Positions 8,671 through 17,455 of a stretch of 35,835 nucleotides of DNA are shown here, in pieces (within the stretch, counting starts at the first letter, position 1; the number at the start of each line of letters is the position of its first letter). The DNA lies in the NCBI GenBank assembly GCA_003133025.1, contig PKZK01000187.1, positions 21,243 to 57,077 on the forward strand. Direction: 5' to 3'. The DNA is from Vulcanimicrobiota bacterium. GTDB lineage: Bacteria; Vulcanimicrobiota; Vulcanimicrobiia; Vulcanimicrobiales; Vulcanimicrobiaceae. Both the position numbers and the translations under genes were made by a program. Under the pieces are notes generated by a model. That model was not told the DNA's origin and made no database searches. It worked only from the letters and a program-made list of their open reading frames with translations.

Positions 8671-9621
8671 ATGATCTCCCGCCAAGCAATTCTCGCGGCC
8701 GTCTGTTTCGCGATTCTCGGCGCAGCCGGAGCGTCCCTCACTCCGGCCGAAGCCGCGGTCCGTGCGCCGGCCTTCGGCCCGTTACGCGCGAGCCCCGACG
8801 CGAAGGCGAAGGCGCTCGTGTACGTTTCCGAATTTTACACGAGCACCATCGACATTTTCGACCAGAAGGGTCGAGGCCAAACGCGGATCGGCACGCTCAC
8901 GACCGGCGTGTCGTTTCCGGGCGGGCTCTTCGTCGACAGCGACGGCAACCTGTGGGTTGCAAACGAAACGTCCGTTGGAACGGGCTACATTCTCGAATTC
9001 GCACCCGGCGCCACGACGCCGACCCAAACGATCCAGCAGCCGAGCGGCTACGCGTTGGCCACAAAGTTGTGGCGGCGCAGCGACGGCACGCTCTATGTCG
9101 TCGACGTGACGACCTACGGCGGCGGGTACGTCCTCGAATACGTGCCCTCGACGCAGACCTGGACGTATCTGCTCGACACCAATCTGATCTTCGAAACGGG
9201 CATCGTCGGCGATTCGGAAGGCAACGTCTACGCAGCGGGCCTCAATGCGCAGGGTGCCGAGGTCGACGTCCTCAAATCCGGCTCGAGTCAGTGGGAAAAC
9301 ACCAACATCTCCGTTCCTTACGAAACCGGCGAACTCGCGATCGACGCCAAGGGGAACCTCGTGGTGGCCGACCCGTTCACGCAAACGATTCAGACGTTCA
9401 AGCACGGCTCGGGCCAAGCGATCAATACCATCGCCTGTCCCGGCGGCTGCACCGACATCGCACTCGACCGCAGCGGAACCCGAATCTGGAACGTCGTGGC
9501 CTCAACGGAACCGACGGTGCAAGAATTCACCTATCCCGCCGGTCGCCTGCTCGACACCGTCAACGTGACGCAGGGCTCAGAACCCTTCGGCATCGCCGCG
9601 TCGCCGAGTTTGTACCCGTAG
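8671..9621 (+). CDS. Secreted NHL/SMP-30-like beta-propeller protein
   Basis: AGGAG RBS before ATG 8671; signal peptide ending AEA; repeats VDSDGNLWVAN, SDGTLYVVD, DSEGNVYAA, IDAKGNLVVAD, LDRSGTRIW. Confidence 0.85.
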   Translation: MISRQAILAAVCFAILGAAGASLTPAEAAVRAPAFGPLRASPDAKAKALVYVSEFYTSTIDIFDQKGRGQTRIGTLTTGVSFPGGLFVDSDGNLWVANETSVGTGYILEFAPGATTPTQTIQQPSGYALATKLWRRSDGTLYVVDVTTYGGGYVLEYVPSTQTWTYLLDTNLIFETGIVGDSEGNVYAAGLNAQGAEVDVLKSGSSQWENTNISVPYETGELAIDAKGNLVVADPFTQTIQTFKHGSGQAINTIACPGGCTDIALDRSGTRIWNVVASTEPTVQEFTYPAGRLLDTVNVTQGSEPFGIAASPSLYP

Positions 9622-9679
9622 CCGTAACCTCTCCGCGCTAGCGAGGCTGGAGCGAGCGCCCCACGAAGATTCCGGGCAC

Positions 9680-9919
9680 ATGGCTTCAGAGCCGTCTCCG
9701 GAACGCAGCGCGCGCCATCTTCTTCGTCATCTCGACGATCCTCCAGCGTTGCGCTCGACCCCGTTGGCCGCTCGATTCTCCGCGACCCGCACCGCCGAAG
9801 GACTCGGACCGCACGCGGCACTCGCGAGCGAGTTACGCGACGTCTTGATGCGTCCGTCGTCGAAGCCGGCTCAGTCGTCGTCCGGCGGGCGTCCCGAGGG
9901 AATCTCGCGCAAAAAGTAG
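9680..9919 (+). pseudogene. Probable truncated 5' remnant of a larger protein
   Basis: SARHLLRHLDDPPALRSTPLAARF looks like a real N-terminus. The ORF then runs about 50 nt into the 3' end of the convergent gene before a stop. A promoter-like motif lies at 9644-9667. Confidence 0.45.
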
Positions 9920-11295
9920 TCCTGCGACTTCGGCGCGTCGATTCGCTTGAAGGCTCGGGGCTTCTGGCTGAAGTCGAACACGTCGCTCAGGCTGTTGGCA
10001 CGCGCGTCGGTATAGCCCTCGTCGACCGTCCCGAGAAACGGGAGGTGGAACGTGTCTTCCACGAACGCCAGCACGCTGCCGAACTCGTATTGCGTATGCG
10101 AGACGTAACCCGTCTGTTTCGGCGACGTTTCGCGGGCGTAGGGAGAAACGACGATGCACGGCACGCGGATGCCCAGCCCGCGGAAGTCGAGCTGCGGTGG
10201 CACGAGGTCGTCATACCAACCGCCCCAGTCGTCCCACACGATGACGATCGCCGTAGAGTTCCAATACGAACTCGTACCGACCGCATTGACCACCGAGGCC
10301 ACCCACGACGGACCCGTATTCGATCCCGACCCGGGATGATCAGAATTGGCCAGATCGGGGATCACCCACGAAACCCCCGGAAGCTTGCCCGCGGGAATGT
10401 CGCTGAGCACCGTCGTCTCGGGCGAGACCACCTTGGCCCAGTCGGGGCCGTAGCGCACCTTCTTGATCGCGCCGAACTCCGACCATGCCTGACCGCCCAA
10501 GCCTCCCGTGAACACCGACGGCGAGTAATACTTCCACGAAACGCCGGCTGCGTCCAGCGTGTCGGCGAGCGTGCGGAACTGCGTGAAACAGGGGAATGGT
10601 CCGTTGTCGTCTTCTTGACCGGCACTGTTCAAGGTATCGGTTGTCGTATTCGTCTTTGCGTCGCATTCCCAGGGCAGTTGATCCGGCGCATCCACCTCGG
10701 CAACTTTTCCCGGGATCAGTTCCGTGTTGCCGCCGATGAGGTTCAGGTGCGCGGTGAAGCTCGGTCCCCATTCGGTCGGGAACATGTGATCGGCCAATAC
10801 GTACTGCTGGGCCATCGACCAATACGGCGCGCTCTCGCTTCGCGTCACGTACGAATAGGGCAGATTCGGGAGATGTTGCGAGGGCGGTTCGGCCTCGTCG
10901 AAATCGTCCATCTTCCCGTTGTCCCAGCTATCGATCGCGTTGATGTAATTGTTGCTGAGATAGCCTTGTTCCAGCGGCGTCGCGTGCAGTTGCACCCGGC
11001 GCGTTCCGATGTAGCCGTACGAGGGCGCGTCGGCGCCGGGAAAACCGGAGAAGATGTTATCGAAGCTCCGGTTCTCTTGCACGATGATCACCACGTGCTT
11101 GATGGGATCGCCCGCGGGCGTGGGCGTGGGCGTGGCGGGCGGCGCGGTCGCCGGAGGCGGAGTCGTGTGGACGGGGTGCGGCACCCCGCTCGAGCCGCTC
11201 GAGCTACACGCCGCCAGCGCCAGCGAGCACATGGCGAACGCAGCCGCACCCAAAGCCGCGAAGGAGTTTCGGTCACGCACGGCCGTTCGTACCAT
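9871..11295 (-). CDS. Phosphoesterase / phospholipase C-acid phosphatase family (PF04185) lipoprotein
   Basis: Lipobox LAAC, Pro/Thr linker, IKHVVIIVQENRSFD, SDHPG, WDDWGGWYD, GLGIRVP. Start about 11295. Confidence 0.92.
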   Translation of the reverse strand: MVRTAVRDRNSFAALGAAAFAMCSLALAACSSSGSSGVPHPVHTTPPPATAPPATPTPTPAGDPIKHVVIIVQENRSFDNIFSGFPGADAPSYGYIGTRRVQLHATPLEQGYLSNNYINAIDSWDNGKMDDFDEAEPPSQHLPNLPYSYVTRSESAPYWSMAQQYVLADHMFPTEWGPSFTAHLNLIGGNTELIPGKVAEVDAPDQLPWECDAKTNTTTDTLNSAGQEDDNGPFPCFTQFRTLADTLDAAGVSWKYYSPSVFTGGLGGQAWSEFGAIKKVRYGPDWAKVVSPETTVLSDIPAGKLPGVSWVIPDLANSDHPGSGSNTGPSWVASVVNAVGTSSYWNSTAIVIVWDDWGGWYDDLVPPQLDFRGLGIRVPCIVVSPYARETSPKQTGYVSHTQYEFGSVLAFVEDTFHLPFLGTVDEGYTDARANSLSDVFDFSQKPRAFKRIDAPKSQDYFLREIPSGRPPDDD

Positions 11296-11333
11296 CGGAT
11301 GAAAAACGCCCTTCGAGCCGTAAAGGTTCGCCG

Positions 11334-12023
11334 ATGGCAAATTTTCGCGCGCTGACGTTCGACATCATCGGGACGGTCTTCGACTGGCGAAGCACGTTTA
11401 CGGACGAGGTCGCGTCGCTCAACGGCCGCTACGGGCTCGACTTCGATCCCGCTGCCTTCGCGCTCGGCGCACACCGGGGCTACGCATCAGGAGTCCAGAC
11501 GGTGCGCGGCGGCGGTCCCTGGAAGACGCCCGACGAGATTCTGAGGCAATCGATCGTGGATCTACTCTCGGTGAAGCATACGCCTTCAGCCGAGGAAGTC
11601 GACGACTTCGTCGCCGTCTGGCGGCGCTTGCGGCCCTGGCCAGAGGTTCCGCAAGCTCTCAACGCGCTGCACGAGCGCTACACCTTGGCGATCTTGTCCA
11701 ACGTGAGCGTCGCGGTGCAATCGGCCCTGACGAAGCACTCGAGCCTTCCCTTCGACCACATGCTCTCGGCCGAACTCGCAGGCGCATACAAACCGAATCC
11801 CGCGATGTACCGCCTCGCCATCGAAAAACTCCACTTGCCGCCGGAGCAAATCCTCATGGTCGCCTCGCACAACTACGACCTCGACGCCGCCAAGGAACAC
11901 GGCTTCAAGACGGCGTTCGTCTCCAGCCCGAGCGATCCGGGCCAACCAAACCCAAGCTACGACTTCAACGCCGCCGACTTTACGGAGTTAGCCGAGAAAA
12001 TACAGACGGGCGTAGCGCTCTAG
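11334..12023 (+). CDS. Haloacid dehalogenase type II (HAD superfamily)
   Basis: FDIIGTVFDW motif I, LRPWPEV, ILSN, YKPNP, LMVASHNYDL..A..GFKTAFV. Confidence 0.9.
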   Translation: MANFRALTFDIIGTVFDWRSTFTDEVASLNGRYGLDFDPAAFALGAHRGYASGVQTVRGGGPWKTPDEILRQSIVDLLSVKHTPSAEEVDDFVAVWRRLRPWPEVPQALNALHERYTLAILSNVSVAVQSALTKHSSLPFDHMLSAELAGAYKPNPAMYRLAIEKLHLPPEQILMVASHNYDLDAAKEHGFKTAFVSSPSDPGQPNPSYDFNAADFTELAEKIQTGVAL

Positions 12024-12027
12024 CACA

Positions 12028-12987
12028 CTAGCCTTCGATCTCGGCTATCTCTTCGCGGGTGAGCCGGAAGCCGGCTGCGGCGATTATGCCGTCGATCTGT
12101 TGCGGCGAGCGGCCACCAACGATCGCGCCGGTTACCACCGGATCGCGCAGCGTCCACGCAATAGCGACCTCGCCCGGGCTGCGGCCATGGCGTTCCCCGA
12201 CCGCGCGCAGGCGCTCCACGAGTTCCAAGTTCTGCGAGAGCTTGGGTTCGCTGAATTCGGCGCTCCGCGAACGCCAATCGTTCGCGGGCAAGCGCGCGAT
12301 GCGTTCGCGCGTCATCGCGCCCGAAAGCAGGCCCGACTGCATCGGCGAGTACACGATGACGCCGATCTCGCGTGCGCGGCAGTGAGGCAGAATCTCGGCT
12401 TCGATCTCGCGCTTCACGAGCGAATAGGGCGGCTGGAGCGAATCGATCGGCGCGATCTTCTCGGCGCGCTCCATCTCCTCCACGTTGAAGTTCGAGACGC
12501 CGATGTAGCGCACTTTACCGCTCCGCTTCAAGTCGGCCATCGTGGCCCACGCTTCGTCGATCTCGGCGATCTCGTCGGTCGGCCAATGGATCTGGTACAG
12601 ATCGATCGCTTCGACGCGCAGACGCTTCAGACTCGCTTCGCATTCAGCGACGATCGACGCGCGCGAGATGTTCTCCACGGGCGTGCCGTCGTTCGCGCCG
12701 CTGGGAACGAGACCGCACTTCGTGAAGACGTACGGCCGCTCCGCGATGCCCTCGAGGGCCTTGGCTACGACTTCTTCCGAGTGTCCGAAGCCGTACGCCG
12801 CCGCCGTATCGATCCAGTTGACGCCCGTATCGATCGCGCGCCGAATCGCTGCGACCGATTCCGCATCGTCCTGGTCGCCCCAGCCGAATTTCCAGTCGCC
12901 GCCGCCGATGGCCCAGGCGCCGAATCCGATCGCGGTGACGTGCAGATCGGTCTTGCCTAGCCTGCGGGTCTGTAACGTCGCGTGCAT
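12028..12987 (-). CDS. Aldo/keto reductase
   Basis: GFGAWAIGG, IDTAAAYG (Asp/Tyr), FTKCG, IDLYQIHWP, IGVSNF, YSPMQSGLL. ATG 12987 has GGAGG/GAGG upstream. Confidence 0.95.
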   Translation of the reverse strand: MHATLQTRRLGKTDLHVTAIGFGAWAIGGGDWKFGWGDQDDAESVAAIRRAIDTGVNWIDTAAAYGFGHSEEVVAKALEGIAERPYVFTKCGLVPSGANDGTPVENISRASIVAECEASLKRLRVEAIDLYQIHWPTDEIAEIDEAWATMADLKRSGKVRYIGVSNFNVEEMERAEKIAPIDSLQPPYSLVKREIEAEILPHCRAREIGVIVYSPMQSGLLSGAMTRERIARLPANDWRSRSAEFSEPKLSQNLELVERLRAVGERHGRSPGEVAIAWTLRDPVVTGAIVGGRSPQQIDGIIAAAGFRLTREEIAEIEG

Positions 12988-13057
12988 GTGCCTCTTCGCC
13001 TCCGGGCGACCGTGTTCAGCGGCGTCGGCGAACCCGCCTCTCACGGCTTTGCGCAGA

Positions 13058-13085
13058 GGCGCGAGCGGTCATTCCGCTTCGCGCC
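13058..13085 (-). terminator. GC-rich hairpin downstream of the protease-like gene (possible terminator)
   Basis: GGCGCGAGCGG-tcatt-CCGCTTCGCGCC: 11-bp stem with one bulge and no U-tract. Confidence 0.4.
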
Positions 13086-13110
13086 GGCTACTCCATCCAC
13101 GACGGGGACG

Positions 13111-14622
13111 CTACTGCGAGGGCGTGCCGAAGCCCACCAAGCCGCACGCCGAATCGTACAGATAGTCGTTGGCGGCGATCGCATCGCGACCAACGTTGAC
13201 GAAGGGCGCACCCGAGCCCGAGAGCCACTCCACGGCCTGACCCTGCGAGATGCCGTTCGGGTCGGGCGCGGGCGGCGTCGCCGATTGCGGCACGGGATAG
13301 GGGAACCCGTACTGCAGCGCCGGTTGGTTACCGGTGGGCGAAGCGACGTTGATCTGCGTCAACGGCGCGGGCGTGTTGAAACCGCTCGCGATCATGCTAT
13401 CGATCCCGATATCGACCAACAGCGAACCGCACTGCCAGCCGCTGCCGTTGAAGTTGAGACAGCCCGGCGGGCCCTGCCAATCGCCGGGACGGCCCTGAAA
13501 CGGCTGCAACTGGATAAACGAACTCGACGGAAAGTTGGCGGTATTGGTCTGATTGAGTCCGAGCCACAGGTGATCGGTGGCGAGGATGTACCCCGGATGC
13601 ACGTTGCCCTCGACCACGTCCTGCAATTGCAGAAAGACGTTCTCGAGCGGCGTCTTGATGTACACTTGGCCCGGTGGCGGCGTGGGCCGTCCGAAGCCGA
13701 CGCCCATCAATGCGGTGCCGCCGTGTTTCGACGAGTACTCGCCCTGGCATTTCTTGCCGGGCGAACACGAGAACTCGACCGCGAGTATCTCCATCGGAAT
13801 CGTCGTGTCGATCGCCGAGCCGCTGCCCCCGGGCGGATAGAGCGTCACGGGCGCGAGGTAATAGTGACCGATCAAGGTGATGCCGCTCGGCTCGAGTGTC
13901 TCGAAGCCGATCTGCCCCGGCCCGATCATCTGCTTGCGGTCTGATTGTTTGAGCGCCGATGCGGCGATCAAGAAGCCCGTCGAACCGGTATCGAGTTGCA
14001 CGCCCTGGGTTTCGCCGCCCGCGACCGACATGTCGATGTGGAAGCCGCCGGCTTTTCCGAACATGAGCGGATCGTTCTCCGCCACTTCATAGGCGTTGCT
14101 GCTCCCATAGGTGCAGGGCAGCGCGTTGGCCAGGAAGACCGGCGCCGTCATGCTACCCCGGCCGAGCGCCGCTGCGACGGTCATCGGGCTCGAAAAGTAC
14201 GCGCCGGTGTACGTGAACGTCGCGGTGGCCGTATTATTCGGGCCGAGCGGCACGATCCGCGATGTGGGCGTGACGGTGCCGGGTGGTGCGTACACCATGA
14301 CCCTGACCTTTTCGGTGCCGTCGCGCTGCAAGAGCGCGAGCCCGCTCGCGGTCACCGTCACGGTGAACGTTTGCGCTCCGGTGTTGCCGCTCGGCGTGGT
14401 GGGATTGTTGAGTGCGGAGGGCTGCGGGACGACCGTCAGCGTGGCCGCGGTTTGGCCTAACGGATAGACGCCGCCATCGACCGGCAGCAGCAAGGTTTGT
14501 CCATCCCCGGCAACGGTGAAGGGCAGGGCTCGACCGCGTGCCGCGCCGGGCCTCGCGTCGGAAAATAGGGCCACCGCGCACGCTAAGGCGGCGGACGCGA
14601 TGAAGACCGCGCGAATGTTCAC
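13111..14622 (-). CDS. Secreted protein with pepsin-like aspartic protease domain
   Basis: GGAGG RBS + GTG 14622; signal peptide; VQLDTGSTG, ALMGVGF (hydrophobic-hydrophobic-Gly), second motif LLVDIGID, VNVG, and C-terminal YLYD...LVGF typical of the pepsin fold. Confidence 0.7.
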   Translation of the reverse strand: MNIRAVFIASAALACAVALFSDARPGAARGRALPFTVAGDGQTLLLPVDGGVYPLGQTAATLTVVPQPSALNNPTTPSGNTGAQTFTVTVTASGLALLQRDGTEKVRVMVYAPPGTVTPTSRIVPLGPNNTATATFTYTGAYFSSPMTVAAALGRGSMTAPVFLANALPCTYGSSNAYEVAENDPLMFGKAGGFHIDMSVAGGETQGVQLDTGSTGFLIAASALKQSDRKQMIGPGQIGFETLEPSGITLIGHYYLAPVTLYPPGGSGSAIDTTIPMEILAVEFSCSPGKKCQGEYSSKHGGTALMGVGFGRPTPPPGQVYIKTPLENVFLQLQDVVEGNVHPGYILATDHLWLGLNQTNTANFPSSSFIQLQPFQGRPGDWQGPPGCLNFNGSGWQCGSLLVDIGIDSMIASGFNTPAPLTQINVASPTGNQPALQYGFPYPVPQSATPPAPDPNGISQGQAVEWLSGSGAPFVNVGRDAIAANDYLYDSACGLVGFGTPSQ

Positions 14623-14636
14623 TTTTCCTCCGAGTT

Positions 14637-14674
14637 CGAAGGTGCAATTGAGCGAACACCTTCGGTTTATTATA
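14637..14674 (-). promoter_or_regulatory. TATAAT -10 element plus 8-bp inverted repeat in a divergent intergenic region
   Basis: + strand ATTATA at 14669-14674 reads TATAAT on the - strand; CGAAGGTG (14637-14644) / CACCTTCG (14657-14664). Confidence 0.5.
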
Positions 14675-14712
14675 TCGGCTTCCCGGACGATACTAGTGAG
14701 GTGCTGCACGTC

Positions 14713-16518
14713 ATGACTGCGCCGGATGGTTGGCGGTCGCGTCTCCGAACAGGCGTCGTCGCCTTCTTGTCGCTCTTCACGGTGCTGATGAGCGTGACCG
14801 ATATCGCGTTACCCTGGCATCCCACGGCCGAATTCGGCTTCCAGCTCGATGCCGCGGGCAAAGTGTTGGGCGTCACTCCCGATTCGCCGGCGAGCCGGGC
14901 GGGCATCGTCGCGGGCGACGCGATCGACATGCGTGCGACGCCCTTCGGCTCGCGCCCCTACCTGCAGACCGGTGCGCCCGACACCGCGCGCCCCGGCACC
15001 GTCGGCCGGTTCGTCGTTCTCCACGGAGACGAACGCAAATCACTCGACCTCATCGCGCGCACCGAGCCGCAGTCGCTCGCCGACGACGTGACCATCGTGC
15101 TGGTGGCGTTGTCGCAACTCGGCCTCGTCGTGATCTCGGCCTTCCTCGTGATCAAGCGTCCATCGCTCATGACTTGGGCGTTTCTGCTCTATGCCGACGG
15201 CTCGGGGCTGCTCGCGGTCACCACGGTCTCGACGCTTCCGGCCTCGGCGATTGCGGCGATCGTCGGCTTCAATGCGCTCTACAACTTCCCGTGGCTCTGG
15301 CTGGCAATTTTTGCGCTACGCTTTCCAAACGACGAACCCACGGGCTGGCGTCGCGGCGCCGAACGGGCGATCCTCGCTTCTCTGGTCGCGATCATTCCGC
15401 TCAACTTCTGGTTCAACGGCGGCTACCTCGCCGGCTACCCGCCGCATCCGTGGGTGGTCGCGCTCTTCAACCTCCTCGGCGTAGCGGGTCTGCTGTTTGC
15501 CGCGTTCACCTTCGTGGCCACGTATCTCGGCGCCGACGCGATCGACCGCGCGCGCCTGCGCTGGGTGATGCTCGGCATCGTGCTGGGCTCCGGCGGCGGC
15601 TTGGCCTACGGCATCGCCACCACGCTACCCGGCGTTGCCGTCGCCTGGCCGATCTGGCTGCTCAATCTGGTGCAGGCCAGTCAAATAATCGTCGGTCTGA
15701 CCGTCGTCTACGCCGTCGTGCGTCACCGCTTCTTCGACGTGCGCTTCTTCATCGGCCGCGCGGTCTTATACAGCGCCCTGACCTCGGTTGTCGTCGTCAC
15801 CTTGCAGATCGTCGACTATACCGCGAGCAAGATGTTTTCCAGCGTCCCGAGCATCGCGAACGCGGGACAGGCCGGGGCGGCGATTCTCCTCGGCCTTTCA
15901 CTGAAAGTCGTGCACGCGAAGCTCGAGAAGGTCTGCGACTCGACCTTTTTCAAGAGCCGTCTCAAAGCCCAACGGCGCATCGAACGTTTGACCCGCGGCA
16001 TGAGCCACACACCCTCGCTCGCGGCCATCCGCGAGATCGTGGTGACCGAGCCCGCGACCGCATTCAAATTGACCTCGGCCGCGATTTTCACGAAGGTGGA
16101 AAACGGCACGTACGAACGCGGCACGGCGATCGGCTGGGACGACGCGAGCCTCACGACGATCGAACCCGACGCGCCGCTCGTGCTGCAGTTGCTCGCTGCG
16201 GAAGACCCGGTTCCCCTCGGCGACGTCACCTTCGCGCCCGGCGCGCTCCCGCCCGAAGAGCGCAAGCCGTCGAATGCGATGTCGATGCGCGTGCGCTCGG
16301 ACCTCGAAGCGATCGTCTTCTACGGTCCGCACGACAGTCAAGAAGAACTCGATCCCGACGAGATCGAGACGCTCGAAGGCCTGCTGCGGGCCGCGGCGAG
16401 CGCCTACGATCACGTGCGCGCAGCGGCGCTGAACGACAAACTGGAACAACTCGAAACCGAGATCCAAACCCTGCGCGGCTCGGCCGCGTCCAACGCCGTG
16501 GCGGCAGCCGGCATATGA
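14713..16518 (+). CDS. Membrane sensor-like protein: PDZ + multiple TM helices + GAF-like domain, no output domain
   Basis: VTPDSPASRAGIVAGDAI (PDZ), about 8-9 hydrophobic segments, YAVVRHRFFDV, GAF-like FKLTSAAIF..IVFYGPH..LDPDEIETL, C-terminal coiled coil. Confidence 0.8.
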   Translation: MTAPDGWRSRLRTGVVAFLSLFTVLMSVTDIALPWHPTAEFGFQLDAAGKVLGVTPDSPASRAGIVAGDAIDMRATPFGSRPYLQTGAPDTARPGTVGRFVVLHGDERKSLDLIARTEPQSLADDVTIVLVALSQLGLVVISAFLVIKRPSLMTWAFLLYADGSGLLAVTTVSTLPASAIAAIVGFNALYNFPWLWLAIFALRFPNDEPTGWRRGAERAILASLVAIIPLNFWFNGGYLAGYPPHPWVVALFNLLGVAGLLFAAFTFVATYLGADAIDRARLRWVMLGIVLGSGGGLAYGIATTLPGVAVAWPIWLLNLVQASQIIVGLTVVYAVVRHRFFDVRFFIGRAVLYSALTSVVVVTLQIVDYTASKMFSSVPSIANAGQAGAAILLGLSLKVVHAKLEKVCDSTFFKSRLKAQRRIERLTRGMSHTPSLAAIREIVVTEPATAFKLTSAAIFTKVENGTYERGTAIGWDDASLTTIEPDAPLVLQLLAAEDPVPLGDVTFAPGALPPEERKPSNAMSMRVRSDLEAIVFYGPHDSQEELDPDEIETLEGLLRAAASAYDHVRAAALNDKLEQLETEIQTLRGSAASNAVAAAGI

Positions 16519-17453
16519 GTTCGCAACTCGACCCGCAGGCCGCCGCATTCGTCGCCGAACTACGCGCCGCCGGCGTGCCGCCGCTCGAAACGCTCGCGCC
16601 TGCGGAGATCAGGGAACTCCAGCGTCAATTCGCGCCGCGACTCACGGGCGCGCCCGAAGACGTGGCGCGCGTCGAAGACCGGGATATCGCGGGCCCCGGG
16701 GGGCCGCTGCCCATTCGCATCTACGCGCCCGCCGCGCCGTCGCTGGGCGTGCTGGTCTATCTGCATGGCGGCGGCTGGGTGATCGGCAGCATCGAGACGG
16801 CCGACGCCGCCTGTCGCGCGCTGGCGCGACGCACGCCGTGCACCGTCGTCTCCGTCGGCTACCGCCTCGCACCCGAACATCGCTTTCCCGCCGCAGTCGA
16901 GGATGCGCTCGCGGCCACGCAATGGGCCGTGGCGCATGCGGCGGAACTGACCGGCGGGAGCGCGCTCGTCGCCGTCGGCGGCGACAGCGCCGGCGGTAAC
17001 CTCGCGGCCGCCGTTACGCTCGAAGGCGTCGTACGCGGCGGACTCGGACTGCGCCATCAGGTCCTGATCTATCCCGCGGTCGACGACGACTTCAGCGGAC
17101 CGACGTTTCGCGAATACGGCGGCGGCGATTACTTGCTCACGCTGAGCGAGATGCGCTGGTATTGGAAGAACTATCTCGCCGATCCGGCCGACGCGCGGAA
17201 CGCCCTCGCGCGGCCACTTCACGCGGCAACCTTACGCGGCGTACCGCCGGCCCTCGTGCTTCTCGCGGAGTGCGACCCGCTTCGCGGCGACGGCGAGGCG
17301 TATGCCGCGCGCCTGCAAGCCGAGGGCATTCCGGTCGAGACGCTGCGCTACGACGGCATGATCCACGGCTTCTTCACGATGCCCGGCATCTTCTCGCGCG
17401 CGTCCGTCGCCTACGACGAGGTCGCCGCCGCACTACGCCGCGCGTTCGCCTGA
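16515..17453 (+). CDS. Alpha/beta hydrolase, HSL family (family IV esterase)
   Basis: HGGGW, YRLAPEH, GDSAGGNL, CDPLR, HGF. ATG at 16515 overlaps the upstream stop (ATGA). Confidence 0.94.
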   Translation: MSSQLDPQAAAFVAELRAAGVPPLETLAPAEIRELQRQFAPRLTGAPEDVARVEDRDIAGPGGPLPIRIYAPAAPSLGVLVYLHGGGWVIGSIETADAACRALARRTPCTVVSVGYRLAPEHRFPAAVEDALAATQWAVAHAAELTGGSALVAVGGDSAGGNLAAAVTLEGVVRGGLGLRHQVLIYPAVDDDFSGPTFREYGGGDYLLTLSEMRWYWKNYLADPADARNALARPLHAATLRGVPPALVLLAECDPLRGDGEAYAARLQAEGIPVETLRYDGMIHGFFTMPGIFSRASVAYDEVAAALRRAFA

Positions 17454-17455
17454 GC

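Noticed and set aside
11110..11180. GGCGTG tandem repeats
   Set aside because: They encode the Pro/Thr linker of the lipoprotein; not a contingency locus.
14730..17453. 907-aa ORF suggesting a large esterase fusion
   Set aside because: The first ~595 aa are an Arg-rich alternative frame over the PDZ sensor; the real esterase starts at ATG 16515.
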